A stretch of DNA of 64,000 bases, from the IMG/VR virus record IMGVR_UViG_3300026473_000011, positions 1-64,000 of that record. The stretch is one strand, 5' to 3'. The notes below the pieces were generated by a model. That model was not told the DNA's origin. It ran no database searches and worked only from the letters and a program-made list of their open reading frames with translations. Origin of the DNA: a virus. The translations under genes were made by a program, and so were the position numbers. Of this stretch, positions 59,648-64,000 are shown piece after piece (within the stretch, counting starts at the first letter, position 1; every line of letters begins with the position of its first letter).

Positions 59648-62095
59648 TCAGCCCATCCTTCGAGGATCCAGCAGCCCTCCTGCTCTCTTCTGGTTGAGCA
59701 ACTCCTGGCGCACCGCGCTGGAAATCGCCCTGCCCAGCTCCTTGCCCTCGCCCGCGTTGGTGGTCACCCCGCCCTCGACCACATTGACCGAGACGTTGAA
59801 GACATCCCCGCCCCCAGACGAGGTCTGGCTCATGGTCACCGGGATGGATCGGCCGTCTGGCAGCGGCACATAGGCCTCGGCCATGGAGCCCTCGCCAAAG
59901 ACTGCGAGCTGCGGCGTGGTGGCCACCCCGCCACTGGCGTACGCCCTCAGCGGCAAAGGGCCCGAAGAGGTCATGACCCCGCCATCTGCAAAGCCGAACA
60001 GGCTGCCGAGTGCTTTGGCCATGGGCAGCGTGACCGCACGCTGGATCTGGATGCGGATCAGGTCCGAGATGATAGAGGTGGCCAGGGACTTGAAGTCCAG
60101 CTTGCCCGTCATCACGAAATTGGTGAGCGCATCGGTCATACCGTTGAACGCCTTGGTGGTCACCGCCTCCATCTGCTTGCCCACCTGCTCGGTTTCTTCA
60201 CCGAGGGTGCGCAGTGCCTTGGCAAAGCCTGCGCCCGGGTCCGAGAGTTCCAAGGCACGCTGGCCCAGTAGCTTCGCGCCATCGGCAGCCTGTCGGGCCG
60301 CCTCTTCAATGCGCCGGAAAGATTCGGCCAACTTGTCGTTGCCCGGGGTGGCTTCCACCATTTCCCGGGCCTTGGCTGCAAAGTCAGCCAGCTCGTCCGC
60401 ACTGGACTTGCGCGCAGCGGACAGGCGCCTCAGGGCATCAATCTCACTGATCGAACCGGTCTCGCGCAGGACCTTGATCTGCTCTTCCGTGGCGCGCAGT
60501 TGGCCCTGGCTCCTGGCCACCTGCTCCTGCAGGTCCTTGAGCGTTTCGCCGGGCAGCTTGATTTCCCGTTCGAGGTTGGACTGCTGGGCTTCGCGCTCAA
60601 GCTTTTCCCGGCGCAGGGTGATCTCCGAGAGCTTGTCCTGGAGCTTCAATTTGTCCTGGGTGGTCTTGGCCACGGTGGCCAGGCCCCGTTTCAGGATCGA
60701 CTCTTCCTGCGCATACAGCTCGGCAAGCCGGTCCGTGAATTCCTGCTGAGCGTTCAGCCGTGCCTCGCTAGCTTCACGATAGCTGATGTAGCCCTGTCCC
60801 TCGTACAGATCGATGATCTTCTGTCGGTCCTTCAAGAGGCCCGTCTCGACATCCGTCAGCCCTTGCAGCTGCTTGATGTCGCTCTCGATCTTGGCCATGG
60901 CCGCAGCAGTGAGTGCGCCCGTGGCCGAGTTGTAGTTCAGTTTGGGCTTGGCCGCCTCACCTGCTGCTTCGGTCTCACCCCGGTTGATGGCATCGAACCG
61001 TTCCTTGACCGCATCCGCCAGCAGCGGCATCTTCCACAGGTCGACATAAGTCTGGTTGGCCTTCTCAACGATCGCATTGCGTTTTTCCAATGCGGTCCTG
61101 AGGGTGGCCTGGTTCTCCTCGGAGAACGGGTTCAGCCCCTTGCCACCGGCGAGGAATGTGCCCAGGAGTTCAATGTCAGCCCACACCGCCTCGAAGCTGC
61201 CCATGACCGCCTTGGCCATCTGGATCACACCGCGCAGCGCATCGATCACGATCGCAATGCCGTAGGCCGTGTCCTGCGCCCAGGTCTTGAGCGTGCCATC
61301 GTCGCGCAGCTTGACCATGGCGTCCGCCGTGTTGTGCGTGCCCAGCATCACGGCTTTGAGTTCACTGACCAGCTCTTCTAGCGCAGGCAGTGCCGCCGTC
61401 ACGATGGTCTGTGCCACAAAATTGTGCTCAGCCCGCATCCGGCCCATGGCCTTGGAGGCTTTCTCGGCCGACTCGATTTCGGCTTCGGTGAGCCGGATGT
61501 TCAGATCCTGATTGGCGGCCAGGTCCTTGAGGAAGGGCAGCAGGCCTGCGCCGGACTTGCCGAACAGTTCGAGCGCAATGGCCGTCTTGCCCGCCCCGTC
61601 CTCAAAGTTCGAGAGCTTCAGAGCAATGTCGTTCATCACCTCCGCCGGATCGCGCAGGTTGCCCCCTGCATCCTTGGCCTTCACGCCCAGAAACTGCAGG
61701 GCCTGCGAGGCGCCTTTGGTCTCATCGTCCACCCCGGCCAGCCCCTTGGAGAGCTTGGTCAGGCCCACCCCGATCTGCTCCATGGCCACCCCTGAGATGG
61801 TGGCCACGGGTGCAAAGCCGGACAGCGCGGTGGCACTCGCCCCAGTCTGCTCAGCCAGGTCCTGCAGGGCGGCCACAGTTTCGAGCGTGTGCATGACCAG
61901 CTCTTTGAGCGCCCCCACCGATTCCACGCCAATGGCGATGGCAAAGGTGGTCTTGGCAACTTCGGCCACCTTCTCCAGGGAACCACGCATGGATTCGGCG
62001 TGGCGCTCCAGAAGCAGCGCACTCTTGCCAAGGTCTTCCCGGAAGTCGGCCGTTTCTGCAGCGAGTTTGACGACCAGGGAGCCGATATCAGCCAT
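59648..62095 (-). CDS. Tail tape measure protein (815 aa)
   Basis: Long helical ORF; lambda-type C-terminus FVMTGKLDFKSL, FADGG, GEGSMAEAYVPL. Confidence 0.93.
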   Translation of the reverse strand: MADIGSLVVKLAAETADFREDLGKSALLLERHAESMRGSLEKVAEVAKTTFAIAIGVESVGALKELVMHTLETVAALQDLAEQTGASATALSGFAPVATISGVAMEQIGVGLTKLSKGLAGVDDETKGASQALQFLGVKAKDAGGNLRDPAEVMNDIALKLSNFEDGAGKTAIALELFGKSGAGLLPFLKDLAANQDLNIRLTEAEIESAEKASKAMGRMRAEHNFVAQTIVTAALPALEELVSELKAVMLGTHNTADAMVKLRDDGTLKTWAQDTAYGIAIVIDALRGVIQMAKAVMGSFEAVWADIELLGTFLAGGKGLNPFSEENQATLRTALEKRNAIVEKANQTYVDLWKMPLLADAVKERFDAINRGETEAAGEAAKPKLNYNSATGALTAAAMAKIESDIKQLQGLTDVETGLLKDRQKIIDLYEGQGYISYREASEARLNAQQEFTDRLAELYAQEESILKRGLATVAKTTQDKLKLQDKLSEITLRREKLEREAQQSNLEREIKLPGETLKDLQEQVARSQGQLRATEEQIKVLRETGSISEIDALRRLSAARKSSADELADFAAKAREMVEATPGNDKLAESFRRIEEAARQAADGAKLLGQRALELSDPGAGFAKALRTLGEETEQVGKQMEAVTTKAFNGMTDALTNFVMTGKLDFKSLATSIISDLIRIQIQRAVTLPMAKALGSLFGFADGGVMTSSGPLPLRAYASGGVATTPQLAVFGEGSMAEAYVPLPDGRSIPVTMSQTSSGGGDVFNVSVNVVEGGVTTNAGEGKELGRAISSAVRQELLNQKRAGGLLDPRRMG

Positions 62096-62109
62096 GTTGC
62101 TTGCCTACG

Positions 62110-62454
62110 TTATGCGCGAACTTTGTGCGCGAACATGGCCTTGAAACGGGCCACATTGAGCTGGGTTTCATCTTGAGGTTGTTGAGGTTTCGGCTTTTCG
62201 AGGAACGGCATGAAGTCCTCAGGCTTGAATGGCCCTGTATCCTTGGCCCGGTGGGCATTGGCAAAGGTGGAGGCCACCACACCACTCCTGTAATCAGCCC
62301 GATAGTCCCCAAAGGGCTCGAGCTGGTAGTACGCCATCCACTCGGTCAGCTCATCCGAGCCCATCGATGCGAGCATCCCGCGCACCGGCAGGCCTAAAGC
62401 CAGCGCCAGCCGGAACACAAAGCACCGCGAGGGATGGGCGATCAGGCGTTTTTT
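62110..62454 (-). CDS. Tail chaperone T (-1 frameshift extension of G)
   Basis: Open -1 frame from the slippery A AAA AAC into LALALG...ELTEWMAY...PFG. Confidence 0.82.
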   Translation of the reverse strand, partial: KKRLIAHPSRCFVFRLALALGLPVRGMLASMGSDELTEWMAYYQLEPFGDYRADYRSGVVASTFANAHRAKDTGPFKPEDFMPFLEKPKPQQPQDETQLNVARFKAMFAHKVRA

Positions 62455-62780
62455 GCGGCGTCCACCTGATCGGCGCCAATGCCGTTCAGGCGCTGGGACA
62501 CGGCAAAAACCCGGTCCAGCGCCTTTGCGCTCTTGCCGCCCAGGGCGGTGATGTCAGCGTCGCTGAAAAGACGGTTGCCGCTTTCATCACACAGGGTCAA
62601 GGACACCAGGCGGGCGCGGACGTTCTCAAGGCGGCCTTCCTTGCCAATGAGGCTGGCTTCGAAGGCATCGCGGTCGGTACCGGTCATGGTTCTCACCTGC
62701 ACCTCGCCGCCCCACTCGGGCACGGGCACGGTTTCACGGGGCAGATCGTCAGATTGGAGGATTTGTTCACGGGTCAACAT
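62442..62780 (-). CDS. Tail assembly chaperone G
   Basis: LTREQIL...VPEWGG...AAKNA. Confidence 0.88.
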   Translation of the reverse strand: MLTREQILQSDDLPRETVPVPEWGGEVQVRTMTGTDRDAFEASLIGKEGRLENVRARLVSLTLCDESGNRLFSDADITALGGKSAKALDRVFAVSQRLNGIGADQVDAAKNA

Positions 62781-62792
62781 GGGTCTGTCTCC

Positions 62793-63203
62793 TTAAGCCT
62801 CGGTGATGTCGCCATCGATCTCGATGGTCACGGAGGCCTGCACCACCGCATCCACACCGCCTTGCACGCTGAAGTGCGTGACATAGCCGTAGAAAGTCCA
62901 GGTGGCGGGGTTGGTGTCGGTGAAAGTGATCTTGAACTGGCGACGCACGCGGTTGGCGCGGTCGGTTCTCAGGCCCTGATGGACCAGATCGTCGGGGTTG
63001 TAGTGCAGGGTCAGAGACAACTGACCCTCGTCACGCAGGCCCACACGCTTTTCCTTGGCGGTGGAGGCCAGATTGGTGACGTCGATCACGGCGGCCTGCC
63101 CACCAGGCCCCTGGAACGAGACCACGTTGGGGATGGTTTCAAAGGCGGTGGCGCCAAACCGGGCAATGGCAATGCCCTGCGCGGTGATTGCGGTGCTGCT
63201 CAT
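62793..63203 (-). CDS. Major tail tube protein
   Basis: IDVTNL...GLRDEG; position in the operon. Confidence 0.87.
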   Translation of the reverse strand: MSSTAITAQGIAIARFGATAFETIPNVVSFQGPGGQAAVIDVTNLASTAKEKRVGLRDEGQLSLTLHYNPDDLVHQGLRTDRANRVRRQFKITFTDTNPATWTFYGYVTHFSVQGGVDAVVQASVTIEIDGDITEA

Positions 63204-63219
63204 GCATGCGCTCCTTGTT

Positions 63220-63570
63220 TCACGGTGAACCCACCGTCCGGTGGTAGGTGTAGTCCACGCTCACCCGGTACAGCCGGGCCTGATCTTCAAATTCGGACAG
63301 CCCCATACGCACATCGGCGACGGTGCTCTTGTCGGCCAAAAGCGCAGCCAGGACTTGGTCTTGCAGGTACAAGGCCTCCTGGTACGTTCTGGCATAGGTG
63401 TCGACCTGCACGCGCACGCGCTGCAAGCCATGCGGCCCATCAATGCCGAAGATGTGCTCCTGCACGATGGGCGTGTAGACGATGGCCGGGTACTGGGTGT
63501 TTTCTGCAGCGACGAGCGCGTAGACCTCACCACCGGCCAGATCCTTGATGGCATCAAAGAAGTCCTGCAT
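63220..63570 (-). CDS. Tail terminator (DUF3168-like)
   Basis: YPAIVY...RVQVDTYA. Confidence 0.82.
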   Translation of the reverse strand: MQDFFDAIKDLAGGEVYALVAAENTQYPAIVYTPIVQEHIFGIDGPHGLQRVRVQVDTYARTYQEALYLQDQVLAALLADKSTVADVRMGLSEFEDQARLYRVSVDYTYHRTVGSP

Positions 63571-63572
63571 GG

Positions 63573-64000
63573 TTATTTCCTGTACAGGTTCTTGGCTTCC
63601 TGCTCAATGCGCTCACTCAGCCGGTCCTTCATGGCCTGCGCCGCTTCGCGCCGCTTGGCCTCCAGGGCTGGCCGCAGGAATGGCCGCGCGCGCATCTTGC
63701 GAGTACCAAACTCCACGAAACGCCAGTACCAGGCATCTTGGGAGAGGTTGCCCTTCTTGCCTTGCTTGCGGAACTTCTTGCCGTGACGTACCGTCACGAA
63801 GAAGGTCTGGCGCGTGAGGCTGGAGAGTTCTGGGATCTGTTTCATGATCACCGAGCGCCTGAGCGTTCCGGGTGGCGGCTGATTGGGTCCCAGAACCTCG
63901 GCCGCCTTGGGCGCCCGCAGACGGGCCTCGTCGCGGATGACCTTGGCTCCGGCATAGACCGAGACGCGCAGGCCGTTCTTCGCCACCCGGTCGGGCAATT
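63573..64000 (-). CDS. HK97 gp10-like tail component (5' partial)
   Basis: AWYWRFVEFGTRKMRARPFLRPA. Confidence 0.9.
   Translation of the reverse strand, partial: LPDRVAKNGLRVSVYAGAKVIRDEARLRAPKAAEVLGPNQPPPGTLRRSVIMKQIPELSSLTRQTFFVTVRHGKKFRKQGKKGNLSQDAWYWRFVEFGTRKMRARPFLRPALEAKRREAAQAMKDRLSERIEQEAKNLYRK

Larger units (their letters stand above)
45657..64000 (-). mobile_element. Prophage tail and lysis module (lambda-like siphovirus), continuing beyond the right edge
   Basis: Colinear gp10, terminator, tube, G/GT, tape measure, M, L, K, I, J, fibre, holin, endolysin, spanins. Confidence 0.95.

Overview
I recognise no host housekeeping genes in this window; all 64 kb looks like mobile DNA. Left (about 1-15.2 kb): the early and replication module of a large-serine-recombinase prophage-like element, with a ParB-DNA methyltransferase, P4-type primase, HTH regulators, an AbiE-like nucleotidyltransferase pair, a DUF2924-like protein and the recombinase. 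Middle (about 15.3-45.6 kb): a defence-type cargo island. It holds a sigma54 activator with an RtcR/CARF-like sensor and a complete sigma54 promoter, two divergent paralogues of an unknown protein, Fic and toxin-antitoxin genes, a NADAR-SIS/HAD-PRTase-ATPase operon, and a WYL-led type I R-M locus with prrC whose hsdS is frameshifted at an (AAGC)11 repeat. Right (about 45.6-64 kb, minus strand): a lambda-like tail and lysis module. The top candidate for a new system lies between the tail tip and the holin. A tail-fibre-like protein ending in Asn-Cys repeats (13 Cys in its last 38 residues) is followed by coupled genes for two Fe(II)/2OG-type oxygenases and a radical SAM/SPASM enzyme, which suggests RiPP-like modification of a virion protein. 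All family calls come from motif recognition by eye; no searches were run.
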